From positions 36,966 through 100,965 of the forward strand of contig JBDRPX010000025.1 of assembly GCA_043826565.1 (NCBI GenBank): DNA of 64,000 nt. The letters are read 5' to 3'. Origin of the DNA: Candidatus Omnitrophota bacterium (GTDB lineage Bacteria > Omnitrophota > Gorgyraeia > B26-G9). The notes under the pieces were generated by a model. It made no database searches. It saw only the letters and a program-made list of their open reading frames with translations, and was not told where the DNA came from. Below are positions 28,339 through 38,820 of this stretch, in pieces. Both the position numbers and the translations under genes were made by a program. Numbering within the stretch: the stretch's first letter is position 1; each line of letters starts with the position of its first letter.

Positions 28339-29359
28339 GATGAAAGATTGTGAAATGCTCTCGGGAGAAAAAGTTAGTGTCTGTATCCCGGTTTATAATG
28401 GGGAGGATACAATTTTAGAAACACTAAGCAGCATTCTTAATCAAACATTCCCTGATTTTGAATTGCTAATTGTGGACAATTGTTCTACTGATGGGACAAT
28501 TGAAAAAGTAAAAACAATCAAAGATGCTCGAATAAAAATAATCAGAAATCAAAAAAATTTAGGATGTGGCGGTAATTTAAATGTTTGCAAAGAAAAAGCA
28601 GTCGGGGATATTGTTTATTTTATTTGTGCTGATGATATAGCGGATATTAATGCGGTTAAGAGAATGTATGAAGCGTTCCGGAAATCTGATGATGTCGGGA
28701 TTGTAACAAGGACATATTATTGGTTCACAGAATCAGTTGATCAGGCCGTGCGGATAAAAAAGCAGTTTAGTTCTGATATTACTGTATCAATTAAGGATGA
28801 CTTTGAAGCGATTAAGGATGTTGTCGCCTTATCAGATCAAATTTCGGGCATAGCTTTTCGCAAGAAATTTATGGAAAATTTTTCTTTTTCAAATCAAGCA
28901 TTTATTGAAATGGCATCAATGGTCGCACAGGTTATTAAAGTGAGCAATGCCGTTATCTTAAAAGATAATACAATTGCTGTAAGAATAGATAAAAACGGAT
29001 CTATGAATCCGGCTGTTTATATTAAGTCCCCCATGCTTGTTTGGGATGATTTGATAATGAGATCATTTAGTGAGCAAGGATTTATTTTTTTAAGAAGATA
29101 TCTGGTTGATAATTTTATAGCAAATAATTATATTGGTCTTGTCCAAATTAGAAGTTTTGGCGGGATGAAATATGCTTTAAGAGAAATATATTATTTAATT
29201 AAACTCCGGTGGAAGAATATTTTTAATTTGAGTTTCTGGTTTTTTTCTTTAGGAGTGATTATCGTGCCCAGTGCATTATTGCAAAAATTAGTGGTTTATT
29301 TTAAGAATAGAGTTAATAGTAAATTTTTAAAAAACATTAAAGTCAAATTGGGAGTATAA
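28331..29359 (+). CDS. GT2 glycosyltransferase
   Basis: VCIPVYNGE, VDNCSTDGT, FICADD. Confidence 0.88.
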   Translation: MVEMKDCEMLSGEKVSVCIPVYNGEDTILETLSSILNQTFPDFELLIVDNCSTDGTIEKVKTIKDARIKIIRNQKNLGCGGNLNVCKEKAVGDIVYFICADDIADINAVKRMYEAFRKSDDVGIVTRTYYWFTESVDQAVRIKKQFSSDITVSIKDDFEAIKDVVALSDQISGIAFRKKFMENFSFSNQAFIEMASMVAQVIKVSNAVILKDNTIAVRIDKNGSMNPAVYIKSPMLVWDDLIMRSFSEQGFIFLRRYLVDNFIANNYIGLVQIRSFGGMKYALREIYYLIKLRWKNIFNLSFWFFSLGVIIVPSALLQKLVVYFKNRVNSKFLKNIKVKLGV

Positions 29360-29361
29360 TT

Positions 29362-30135
29362 ATGAAAGTAGTAATTCTGTGTGGAGGGATGGGGACGCGT
29401 TTAAGCGAAGCGACAAGTATAATTCCAAAGCCGATGATTGAAATCGGCGGCAAGCCGATACTATGGCATATTATGAAAATTTTTTCTCATTATGGGTTTC
29501 ATGAATTTGTTATTTGTTTAGGGTATCGCGGATATATGATTAAAGAGTATTTCTCACATTATCTTATGCATATGAGTGATGTGACTATTGATATGGTAGA
29601 TAATAAGATGGATATTCATAGCAGTGCTTCTGAACCATGGAAAGTTACCTTGGTTGAGACAGGTATTAATACGATGACCGGAGGAAGGATTAAGAAAATC
29701 CAGAAATATGTCGGGAAGGAACCATTTATGTTGACGTATGGAGATGGAGTAGCGGATATCGACATTAATAAATTGATCAGGACACATAAGAGGAATAAGA
29801 AATTGGCAACATTAACCGGTGTTTTGACTGCCGGAAGATTTGGGGTTTTGGATGTTCAAAAAGATTCAGTTAAGTCGTTCCTGGAAAAACCTAAAGGGGA
29901 AGGTAATCGCATTAATGCCGGATTTTTTGTGTTGGAGCCGGAAATATTTAAATATATTAATAAAGGTGATGCGACAATTTGGGAGAGAGACCCTTTGTCT
30001 AAATTGGCTGAGGATGGTCAACTGGCTGTCCATAAACACAATGGTTTTTGGAAGTGTATGGATACGTTGCGTGATAAATTAGAGTTAGAGAAGATGCTGG
30101 AGAGCGGGCAAGCCTCTTGGATAATATGGGAGTAG
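29362..30135 (+). CDS. rfbF: Glucose-1-phosphate cytidylyltransferase
   Basis: GGMGTRLSE, PKPMIEIG, TMTGGRIK, LTYGDG, INAGFF, FWKCMDTLRDK. Confidence 0.93.
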   Translation: MKVVILCGGMGTRLSEATSIIPKPMIEIGGKPILWHIMKIFSHYGFHEFVICLGYRGYMIKEYFSHYLMHMSDVTIDMVDNKMDIHSSASEPWKVTLVETGINTMTGGRIKKIQKYVGKEPFMLTYGDGVADIDINKLIRTHKRNKKLATLTGVLTAGRFGVLDVQKDSVKSFLEKPKGEGNRINAGFFVLEPEIFKYINKGDATIWERDPLSKLAEDGQLAVHKHNGFWKCMDTLRDKLELEKMLESGQASWIIWE

Positions 30136-30137
30136 CT

Positions 30138-31109
30138 ATGAATAAAAAATTCTGGAAAAATAAAAGCGTATTGATAACCGGGCATGAAGGGTTTTTGGGG
30201 GCTTGGCTGACAAAGACATTGATTGATTGTGGTGCAAATATTACGGGGCTGGATATCGTAAAAAACAGATCTTTTTCCGTATTAAACGGGTATGGGTTAA
30301 GAGAGCGCATTCATGGAGTAAAAGGAGATGTGGCAAACTATAAATTTGTTCAACGGGTGATTAAGAAATATAAGCCGCAGATAATTTTCCATTTAGCAGC
30401 CGAAGCAATAGTTTCAAGGTCAAAAAAAGATCCGGTGCAGACGTTTAAATCCAATATTGAAGGTACCTGGAATATCTTAGAAGTTGCCAGGAATACCAAG
30501 CAAATAAAAGCTATTGTCATGGCTTCCAGCGATAAGGCTTATGGAAGTCATGGGATTTTACCATATACAGAAGAAGCGGCTTTAAAAGGAGCGCATCCTT
30601 ATGATGTATCTAAAAGTTGCGCGGATTTGATCGGGAGTACATATGCGCATACTTATGGGGTTCCAGTAGCAACAACCCGTTGCGGAAATATCTATGGCCC
30701 CGGGGACGCGAATTTTTCCCGGATAGTGCCGGATACGATCCGTTGTGTGCTTAAAGGTAAGCGGTTGATTATTCGCAGCGACGGTAAATTTACCCGGGAT
30801 TATGTCTATGTAGATGATATCGCCAATGGATATATTATGTTAGCAGAGCAATTGCAAAAGAAAAAATTGTACGGTCAGGCATTTAATTTTAGTGATGAAA
30901 ATCCGATTACGGTCTTAAAATTAGTAGATAAGATTTATAAGATCGCAGGAAAAAATCCAAATTATAAAATTCTGAGCAAAGCAAAATATGAGATTAAGCA
31001 CCAATATCTTGATTCAAGTAAAGCAAGAAAAGTCCTGGGCTGGAAAGCAAATCATAGATTGGAAGAGGGCCTGGAACAGGCAATTGAATGGTATCAAGCT
31101 ATGAATTAG
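30138..31109 (+). CDS. rfbG: CDP-glucose 4,6-dehydratase-like SDR
   Basis: FWKNKSVLITGHEGFLG, SSDKAYG, PYDVSKSCAD, RCGNIYGPGD; follows rfbF; ATG 30138 after GGAG. Confidence 0.75.
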   Translation: MNKKFWKNKSVLITGHEGFLGAWLTKTLIDCGANITGLDIVKNRSFSVLNGYGLRERIHGVKGDVANYKFVQRVIKKYKPQIIFHLAAEAIVSRSKKDPVQTFKSNIEGTWNILEVARNTKQIKAIVMASSDKAYGSHGILPYTEEAALKGAHPYDVSKSCADLIGSTYAHTYGVPVATTRCGNIYGPGDANFSRIVPDTIRCVLKGKRLIIRSDGKFTRDYVYVDDIANGYIMLAEQLQKKKLYGQAFNFSDENPITVLKLVDKIYKIAGKNPNYKILSKAKYEIKHQYLDSSKARKVLGWKANHRLEEGLEQAIEWYQAMN

Positions 31110-31122
31110 AGAGATAATATCT

Positions 31123-32109
31123 ATGGGTAATGATAATATGAAAAGTAAAAGAATTCTGATTACCGGGGCTACGGGTTTTGTGGGTTCGAATATAACGCGT
31201 TATTTTTTCGATAATAAATCTGAAGTAGGCGTGTTGTATCCGGAAGGGGACAATACCTGGAGGATTAACGATATTCTAGATGAAGTTTCGGTATTCGCCG
31301 CTGATTTACGTGATAAGGAGCAGTTACATAAAGTTATTTCTGAGTTTAAGCCGCAAATTATTATTCATGCGGCAATTTACGGTGGTTTTGTATATCAAAA
31401 AGATACGGATCGGATAATGAAGACCAATTTTCAAGGCACTGTAAATCTGTTGGATGCCTGCAGTCAGATAGATTATGAATTGTTTATCAATACCGGATCT
31501 TCATCAGAGTACGGGACCAAATCTCTACCGATGAAAGAGGATGATTTACTGGAACCGGTGACGGATTATGCGATTTCCAAGTCAGCAGCAACCTTATATG
31601 CTCAAGCGCTTAATCGTCGTGAAAATAAACCGATAGTAACACTTAGATTGTTTTCACCATTTGGGTATTATGATGAAAGTACCCGGTTAATGCCTTCGGT
31701 TATTCTTTCCTGCCTGCAGGGAGATGACCCTAAGGTATCTGCGCCTAAATATGTCCGTGATTTTGTATTTATCGAAGATGTAATAAGCGCATATGTCAAA
31801 GCTATAAAAAACAAGGATAAGATTAAAGGCGAAATATTTAATGTGGGTTCCGGGAAAGAACATTCTATTGGTGAAGTTGTTGACAAGATAATTGTTATTA
31901 GTAAAAGCGGAGTTAATGCTCAATGGGGGCAGACTCCGAATTCCCGGTTTGAGCCTGAAGTTTGGCAGGCAGATATTTCTAAAGCCCACAGACTCTTAGG
32001 ATGGGAGCCGAAATATAGCTTAGAACAGGGGATAGAAAAAACTATTGATTGGCTTAAATCAAATATGCACTTATATGATAAAGCAGTAATTGAGGATAAA
32101 ATTAAATAA
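31123..32109 (+). CDS. NAD-dependent epimerase/reductase (possible YerF- or Prt-like)
   Basis: TGATGFVG, TGSSSEYG, YAISK, RDFVFIED; lies between rfbG and the ThDP enzyme. Confidence 0.8.
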   Translation: MGNDNMKSKRILITGATGFVGSNITRYFFDNKSEVGVLYPEGDNTWRINDILDEVSVFAADLRDKEQLHKVISEFKPQIIIHAAIYGGFVYQKDTDRIMKTNFQGTVNLLDACSQIDYELFINTGSSSEYGTKSLPMKEDDLLEPVTDYAISKSAATLYAQALNRRENKPIVTLRLFSPFGYYDESTRLMPSVILSCLQGDDPKVSAPKYVRDFVFIEDVISAYVKAIKNKDKIKGEIFNVGSGKEHSIGEVVDKIIVISKSGVNAQWGQTPNSRFEPEVWQADISKAHRLLGWEPKYSLEQGIEKTIDWLKSNMHLYDKAVIEDKIK

Positions 32110-33872
32110 TGAAGTTATCAGATTATGTTATAAATTTTTTAGTACAGCAAAAAGTTGAGTATATATTTGAAATATGTGGCGGAGCGATTACGCATTTGCT
32201 TGATTCTGTTTACAAAAGGACAGATATTAAAGCGATTCCCATGCATCATGAGCAGACAGCAGCATTTGCGGCAGAAGGTTATGCGCGCATCAATGGGAAT
32301 ATCGGTGTTGCGATGGCTACAAGCGGTCCTGGGGCAACTAATTTGATTACAGGCATTGGTAGTTGTTTTTTTGATTCAATCCCCTGTTTGTTTATTACCG
32401 GGCAGGTAAATACTTACGAATTTAAATTTAAAAAACCAATAAGACAACTAGGTTTTCAGGAAACAGATATCGTTACTATGGTAAAGCCGATTGTTAAAGA
32501 CAGTGTGCTTATCGAAGACCCCAATAAAATACGATATGAATTGGAACGGCTGATCCATATTGCTAAATCAGGCCGGCCAGGCCCGGTTTTACTGGATATC
32601 CCCATGAATGTTCAGCGTGCAGATATCAACCCAAGTAAATTAAAAGCGTTCAAAAAAAATGCTATTAATAAAGCTCCTCTACAGATAAAAAACAAGGTAT
32701 GGGGAAAGGTTGTAGAGTTAATCCATAATTCTTCCCGGCCTTTGGTTATCGTCGGTGGAGGTCTGAGGCTATCGCAGTCTTCAGATGAACTTTATGCTTT
32801 TATAAATAAGACTAAAATGCCTGTAGTGAGCACTTTAATCGGCAAAGATGCTTTTGCTAATGATCATAAGCAGTTTGTCGGAATGATGGGAACATATGGT
32901 CTGCGACATGCTAATTTAGCTGTTGCGAATGCCGATTTAATAATTGTTCTCGGGGCAAGGTTAGATACAAGACAAACCGGTACTAGACCGGATACTTTTT
33001 CACGTGGGGCAAAGATAGTGCATGTGGATGTAGACGCTAATGAACTAAACAGTAAAGTCCGGGCAGACATTGCCATTTGTGCGGATATAAAATTATTCCT
33101 AAAGGGGATTAATAAAAGAATTAGTAAATATGATTCTAAGAGAATATCCCGGTGGCGTAAAATTATTCAGCAGTACAAGCAGAAATATTCTCAAAAAAAT
33201 AATTCCAAGAATGCAATAGATCCGAATTTATTTTTGGAAGACGCTTCAAAGTATATGTCAAAAGACAGCGTTATATGTGTGGATGTAGGACAGCATCAAA
33301 TGTGGGCGGCGCAATCTGTGCAATTGAAAAAACAGCAGAGATTCCTGACCCAGGGAGGAATGGGAGCAATGGGATCCGCGCTTTCGTTCGCAATCGGAGC
33401 TTGTTTTGCCAAGCCCCGAACAACGGCAGTGGTGGTGACCGGAGATGGTGGATTTCAATTAAATTTACAGGAATTGCAGACGGTTTATTATTATCAGTTG
33501 CCGATTAAAATAATTATGTTGAATAATTCATGTTATGGAATGGTGCGGCAATTTCAAGAACAATACTTCCGGTCGCGTTTTCAGTCAACAGTTGTTGGCT
33601 ATAATGCTCCAAATTTTCAAAAAGTAGTTTCTTCTTTTGGAATAAAATCGAATCGCTTAGTTTATGAGAGAGATATAATAAAAAAGTTTAAAGACTTGTT
33701 TAAAGATAATAAACCCGCATTTCTTGAAGTAAAAATCCCAAAAGATGTTAAAGTCCTTCCCAAATTATCGGTGAATAGGCCAATAGAGGATCAAGACCCC
33801 TTATTATCGCGTGAAGAGCTTCAGTCTAATATGCAGATTGAGGTGCTAAAGGAGTATGAAAGTGAATTCTGA
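32109..33872 (+). CDS. Thiamine diphosphate-dependent acetolactate-synthase-like enzyme (YerE-like)
   Basis: HHEQTAAFAAEGYAR, TSGPGATN, FQETD, GRPGPV, DVGQHQMW, GDGGFQ...NN; embedded in CDP-sugar genes. Confidence 0.85.
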   Translation: MKLSDYVINFLVQQKVEYIFEICGGAITHLLDSVYKRTDIKAIPMHHEQTAAFAAEGYARINGNIGVAMATSGPGATNLITGIGSCFFDSIPCLFITGQVNTYEFKFKKPIRQLGFQETDIVTMVKPIVKDSVLIEDPNKIRYELERLIHIAKSGRPGPVLLDIPMNVQRADINPSKLKAFKKNAINKAPLQIKNKVWGKVVELIHNSSRPLVIVGGGLRLSQSSDELYAFINKTKMPVVSTLIGKDAFANDHKQFVGMMGTYGLRHANLAVANADLIIVLGARLDTRQTGTRPDTFSRGAKIVHVDVDANELNSKVRADIAICADIKLFLKGINKRISKYDSKRISRWRKIIQQYKQKYSQKNNSKNAIDPNLFLEDASKYMSKDSVICVDVGQHQMWAAQSVQLKKQQRFLTQGGMGAMGSALSFAIGACFAKPRTTAVVVTGDGGFQLNLQELQTVYYYQLPIKIIMLNNSCYGMVRQFQEQYFRSRFQSTVVGYNAPNFQKVVSSFGIKSNRLVYERDIIKKFKDLFKDNKPAFLEVKIPKDVKVLPKLSVNRPIEDQDPLLSREELQSNMQIEVLKEYESEF

Positions 33873-35193
33873 CGAAAAATTAATAAGAAAAGAAATTCTT
33901 AGTAAAGTTAAAAAATTTTATGCGGCAGGAAAAAACAAAAAATTTATTCCGGGCAAGAGCAGGATCCCTTATGCCGGACGTATTTTTGATGAAAAAGAAT
34001 TAGTCAATCTGGTTGACTCATCTTTGGATTTTTGGCTGACTGCCGGAAGGTATGCCCGGAAACTAGAAAAGCAGTTGGCGGAATTTGTTGGGGTAAAGCA
34101 TGCTTTACTGGTTAACTCAGGTTCCTCGGCAAATCTATTGGCAATAAGTGCTTTAACATCACCTCTTCTGAAAGAGCGGCGATTAAAACCGGGTGATGAA
34201 GTAATTACAACGGCTTGCGGGTTTCCGACCACATTAAACCCTATTTTACAGAACCAGTTAAACCCGGTAATTCTCGATGTGGAGCTGGGTACGTATAATA
34301 TTGACACCACAAAGCTTAAAAAAGCAATTACCAAGAAGACAAAAGCAGTTTTTGTTGCGCATACTTTGGGTAATCCATTTAATTTAGAAGCAGTATTAAA
34401 GATAGCTAGGAAGCATAAATTGTTTGTTATTGAGGACAATTGTGACGCGCTTGGTTCGAAATATAAAGACCGTTTTACCGGAGCTTATGGTGATATTGCA
34501 ACTTTGAGTTTTTATCCGGCCCATCATATGACTATGGGGGAAGGCGGTGCCGTATTAACTAGCGATCCTGTTTTAAGAAGAGCATTGCTTTCTTTGCGTG
34601 ACTGGGGCCGGGATTGCTGGTGTGATCCGGGCAGAGATAATACTTGCCGTAAGCGGTTTAAACAGCAGTTTGGTAAATTGCCTTATGGATATGATCATAA
34701 ATATGTATATTCGCATATTGGGTATAACCTGAAAGTTACTGATATGCAGGCAGCGATCGGCGTGGCTCAGTTAAAAAAACTTAAAGGTTTTATTAAAAAG
34801 CGCAAAGAGAACTTTGCTTTTCTGCATAAGAGCCTAAAAAAGTTCGAAAAATACCTGTTATTGCCCCAGGCAACCAAAAATTCTGATCCTAGCTGGTTTG
34901 GATTTCCCCTGATGGTAAAGACACCGTCAGCATTTACTCGTGATGAAATTGTTAATTATTTGGAGAATAGAGGGATCGCCACGAGGATGTTATTTGGAGG
35001 AAATTTAATTAAACAGCCGGCATATAAAGGAATAAAGATGAAGGTTGTGGGGACACTTAAAAACACAGATTTAGTTATGAATGATTTATTCTGGATTGGG
35101 GTGTACCCGGGAATTAATCGATTAAAATTGAAGTATGTAATTAAGGAAATAGAGGCATTCATACTAAAGATTCAGATGCCGCAATCGGGATGA
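33856..35193 (+). CDS. rfbH: CDP-4-keto-6-deoxyglucose 3-dehydratase (E1, RfbH/DdhC)
   Basis: WLTAGR, NSGSSANL, EDNCDALG, SFYPAHHMTMGEGG (His in place of Lys), RDCWC...C, YDHKY. Confidence 0.92.
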   Translation: MKVNSDEKLIRKEILSKVKKFYAAGKNKKFIPGKSRIPYAGRIFDEKELVNLVDSSLDFWLTAGRYARKLEKQLAEFVGVKHALLVNSGSSANLLAISALTSPLLKERRLKPGDEVITTACGFPTTLNPILQNQLNPVILDVELGTYNIDTTKLKKAITKKTKAVFVAHTLGNPFNLEAVLKIARKHKLFVIEDNCDALGSKYKDRFTGAYGDIATLSFYPAHHMTMGEGGAVLTSDPVLRRALLSLRDWGRDCWCDPGRDNTCRKRFKQQFGKLPYGYDHKYVYSHIGYNLKVTDMQAAIGVAQLKKLKGFIKKRKENFAFLHKSLKKFEKYLLLPQATKNSDPSWFGFPLMVKTPSAFTRDEIVNYLENRGIATRMLFGGNLIKQPAYKGIKMKVVGTLKNTDLVMNDLFWIGVYPGINRLKLKYVIKEIEAFILKIQMPQSG

Positions 35194-35200
35194 AAATATA

Positions 35201-36418
35201 ATGGTGCAAGAGTGTTTTTTTATTGCAAATAATAATATTGGAGATTCCGGTTTAAGCGGCGGGTGCAGAATTTTTATTGAACTGGCTCGATATTGGAAAG
35301 AATCGATTGATCTAAAGATAATTGCCACAGAAGAAGCCATCACAGTTTGTAAAAAGTATGGGCTGGGAGATATTAAGTTCTATAAATCGTCCGGCAAACT
35401 AGGATATGATAATGTTTTTACTTTAAGGGCTGTTTTTGCAAATTTTTTCAAGAAATTAGCAAAGGGAATATTATTTGTATTAAAAAATAAATCCTTATTT
35501 AAAAATAATCCCTGGGTGTATTCAGTCTCGGATTTCTATCCTGATCTTATCCCGGCTTTCTTAATAAAATTAATAAATCCGAAATCAAGATGGATTGCCG
35601 GATATTATTTATTTGCACCTGCTCCCTGGGATAAAGATAGCCCCTACAAAGGTAAACATGCTTTTCGGGGCTTTCTTTATTGGTTCTCGCAAAGGCTCTC
35701 TTATGGCCTTGCAAAAAAATATGCGGATATTGTTTTTGTGACTTCCGAGCCGGATAAAAAGAAATTTCTGACTAAAAAAAGAGGAGAGTCTGAAATTTTT
35801 GTTATCCGGGGAGGTGTTAATATCGAAGCATCAACAGAATATTTAAATAGTAAGGAGATTATCCCTTTAGATAAGAGGAAGTATGCATGCTGCTTTGTGG
35901 GAAGATTTCATCAGCAAAAAGGGGTTTTAGTTTTAATAGAGATATGGAAAAAAGTTATTGAGAGATTACCCCGTGCTAAACTTGCGATGATTGGTAATGG
36001 CCCGCTTCAGGTGAGTGTGCAAAATAAGATTAATGAATATAGTTTAAATGACAATGTGGAATTGTTTGGTTTTATGGATGGGCTCGAGAAATTTAATGTT
36101 TTTAAACAGAGTAAAATTGTCGTACATCCGGCAACTTATGATAGTGGGGGCATGGCGGCAGCAGAGGCTATGGCGTGGGGCTTGCCTGGAATAAGCTTTG
36201 ATCTGGAGGCTTTAAAGACTTATTACCCTCAGGGTATGATAAAAGTTCCTAAGGATGATTATAACCGGTTTGCTGAGGAAATAGTTAAACTGCTGGCGGA
36301 CTCTGATTATTATAAAACAATTTCTTTGTTAGCTCTTGAGTTGATAGTTAAACAGTGGGATTGGAAAAAACGGGCACAGCTAATTTTGGAAGGGTTGTTG
36401 GTTAATAATAATGGATAA
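35201..36418 (+). CDS. GT4 glycosyltransferase
   Basis: FVGRFHQQKG, HPATYDSGGMAAAEAMAWG. Confidence 0.85.
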   Translation: MVQECFFIANNNIGDSGLSGGCRIFIELARYWKESIDLKIIATEEAITVCKKYGLGDIKFYKSSGKLGYDNVFTLRAVFANFFKKLAKGILFVLKNKSLFKNNPWVYSVSDFYPDLIPAFLIKLINPKSRWIAGYYLFAPAPWDKDSPYKGKHAFRGFLYWFSQRLSYGLAKKYADIVFVTSEPDKKKFLTKKRGESEIFVIRGGVNIEASTEYLNSKEIIPLDKRKYACCFVGRFHQQKGVLVLIEIWKKVIERLPRAKLAMIGNGPLQVSVQNKINEYSLNDNVELFGFMDGLEKFNVFKQSKIVVHPATYDSGGMAAAEAMAWGLPGISFDLEALKTYYPQGMIKVPKDDYNRFAEEIVKLLADSDYYKTISLLALELIVKQWDWKKRAQLILEGLLVNNNG

Positions 36419-37274
36419 CATTAAGGTTTCACTTATAATTACTACAAAAAATGCTCAACAGTATATTGCCGGATGTTTAGATTCAATAAAATATCAGAAT
36501 TACAATCAATCTGAAATTGAAGTTATAGTTGTTGATAATAATTCTACTGATAAAACTAAAGAAATAGCTTCTAAGTATACGGATAAAATCTACAACTGCG
36601 GTCCGGAGCGTTCAGCGCAAAGGAATTTTGGGATTAGTAAGGCATTGGGAAAATATGTTCTTTATCTTGATGTCGATATGTTGCTTTCTGAAAATGTCCT
36701 TTCAGAGTGTGTAGAGAAAATAGAGGCTGATGATCTGATTGCTTTATATGTCCCGGAGGTAATCGTCGGTAAAGGGTTTTGGATACAGGTGAGAAACTTT
36801 GAACGCAGTTTTTATAATGCAACGGTTGTTGACTGTGTTCGTTTTATAAAAAAAGATGCATTTATGAAAATAAAAGGATTTGATGAAAATTTAACCGGCC
36901 CGGAGGATTGGGATTTAGACAGAAGAATAAATCAAACTGGAAAAACATCAATAATAAATGTTCCGATTTATCACAATGAAGGTGTTTTTAACCTTAAAAA
37001 CTATTTACTTAAAAAAAGCTACTATTCAAAAACATTTGAAAAATATGTGCAAAAGTGGGGAAAAAATGACGCAATAATAAAAAAACAGCTTGGGTTTTCT
37101 TATCGGTTTTTTGGTGTGTTTATAGAAAATGGAAAATGGAAAAAACTTATCAGTTGTCCTGTTTTTACATGGGGTATGTATTTTTTGAGATTTTTAGTTG
37201 GGCTTACATTCCTTGTGTCTAGAATCGGCCGAAATCCTTTAAAAAATAAAGGTAATATTTATGGACAGAAATAG
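36411..37274 (+). CDS. GT2 glycosyltransferase
   Basis: VVDNNSTDKT, ERSAQRNFG, YLDVDM, GFDE, EDWDL. Confidence 0.88.
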   Translation: MDNIKVSLIITTKNAQQYIAGCLDSIKYQNYNQSEIEVIVVDNNSTDKTKEIASKYTDKIYNCGPERSAQRNFGISKALGKYVLYLDVDMLLSENVLSECVEKIEADDLIALYVPEVIVGKGFWIQVRNFERSFYNATVVDCVRFIKKDAFMKIKGFDENLTGPEDWDLDRRINQTGKTSIINVPIYHNEGVFNLKNYLLKKSYYSKTFEKYVQKWGKNDAIIKKQLGFSYRFFGVFIENGKWKKLISCPVFTWGMYFLRFLVGLTFLVSRIGRNPLKNKGNIYGQK

Positions 37275-38781
37275 TGCTAATAATAAAATCTTGTTTGTTT
37301 CTCCGCCTTCTAGAGCATTTAACCACTATCGTCCGCCGTTGGCATTAATGTATCTTTCTGGTTATTTAAAAAAACAGGGAGTTGCTGCTAAAATTATTGA
37401 TTGTATTATTCAAGATCAGGTGAGAAGTAAGTCTTTTGAAAAAAATAAAGACAGATATCTGACTGATGTGCGTGATAATATGCTAAAGCAGATTATTGAA
37501 GCTGAAACAGATATAGTGTGTATTACCTGTTATACCCCGGAATTGCCGGAAGTAGAGGTCCTTGCCGCCCAAATAAAGAAGAAAAATAGTAATATAAAAA
37601 TTATTGCCGGAGGTGTTCATCCTACTTTTTATCCTGAACATCTTATTTATGAGGGTTCTAATTTCGATTTTGTTGTTGTTGGCGAAGGAGAAGTTACTCT
37701 TTTTGAATTAATAAAAGCTATTCGCAGTGATAGTAATGATTACGGTCTTATTGAGGGGATAGCTTATTTAGATGTTGAAAAAAATAAACTAGTTAAAAAT
37801 AAAGGACGTATTCTGGCCGAAGATTTAGATGAAATATCATTTCCTGATTATGCGGATTTAGATATGGATTTTTATACAACAGCTTCGCCGTATGCAATAA
37901 GAGGGGTGTTTTCTAAAAGCTTTTATGTGTTATCTTCCCGGGGGTGCCCATCTTCATGCACTTTTTGTGTTTCAAAAAAAATTAGAGAGTTTTATGCCGG
38001 AGAGAAATTTGTCAGGCTTCGTTCGCCAGAGTCCCTTTTTCGGGAAGTTAAGGAGTTAAGAGAGAAATATAAAATTGACTCTTTTTATTTTATTGATGAT
38101 CTTTTTACTTTAAAGAAAGACCATGTCGGAGAATTTTGCCGATTAATGATTGATGATAAGTCTCCATTGATTTGGGGATGTTCCTCAAAAGTTAATACTG
38201 TTGACTATGAGATGCTGAAAAATATGGCTGATGCCGGTTGTGTGCAGATTGATTTTGGCGTTGAAAAAGGAACAGATTCTGAGCTGAAACAGCTGAAAAA
38301 GGGGATAACCATTGCGCAGATAAAAAAAACATTTGATATCTGCCGGAAACTGGGTATCCGCACTTTTGCGAATATGCTGGTTAATACTCCGGCAGAGCAA
38401 GAAGCTGATTTGAAATCGTCTTTAACATTTGTCCAACGTTTACGTCCAACCATAGTTTCTTTTAATGTTTTTGCCCCTTATCCGGGGTGTGAAATTTTTG
38501 ACCGGTGCTGTGAAAATATCACTAGAGATGATTATCCTGATTTAATGAATACTGTTTTGCTGATTAAGGATAAGCCGGAGAAATACAGATTTGCCGAGCA
38601 TTCTGTGGATTTGCTGGATTGGGTTATTAAAGCTAATAAAAAATATAATCTGATTTTTCCTAATCTCAGGATATATTTTAGTTGGAAATATATTAAAAAC
38701 ATTCTTAGATCAAGATGCAAAATGGAATATGTAAAAGGATCGGTCAGCTTGGTAAAAGAATTTATTAATCAGAAATTTTAG
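37261..38781 (+). CDS. B12-binding domain radical SAM protein
   Basis: PPLALMYLS, AGGVHPT, GEGE, RGCPSSCTFC, DDLF, PYPG. Confidence 0.9.
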   Translation: MDRNSANNKILFVSPPSRAFNHYRPPLALMYLSGYLKKQGVAAKIIDCIIQDQVRSKSFEKNKDRYLTDVRDNMLKQIIEAETDIVCITCYTPELPEVEVLAAQIKKKNSNIKIIAGGVHPTFYPEHLIYEGSNFDFVVVGEGEVTLFELIKAIRSDSNDYGLIEGIAYLDVEKNKLVKNKGRILAEDLDEISFPDYADLDMDFYTTASPYAIRGVFSKSFYVLSSRGCPSSCTFCVSKKIREFYAGEKFVRLRSPESLFREVKELREKYKIDSFYFIDDLFTLKKDHVGEFCRLMIDDKSPLIWGCSSKVNTVDYEMLKNMADAGCVQIDFGVEKGTDSELKQLKKGITIAQIKKTFDICRKLGIRTFANMLVNTPAEQEADLKSSLTFVQRLRPTIVSFNVFAPYPGCEIFDRCCENITRDDYPDLMNTVLLIKDKPEKYRFAEHSVDLLDWVIKANKKYNLIFPNLRIYFSWKYIKNILRSRCKMEYVKGSVSLVKEFINQKF

Positions 38782-38820
38782 TTTTCAAAAATAAGGTAAA
38801 AGGATTCTTATCGAGGCTTT

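Noticed and set aside
32109-33872. ilvB for branched-chain amino acid synthesis
   Set aside because: No ilvN/ilvC nearby; tightly packed within CDP-sugar genes, so a YerE-like role is more plausible.
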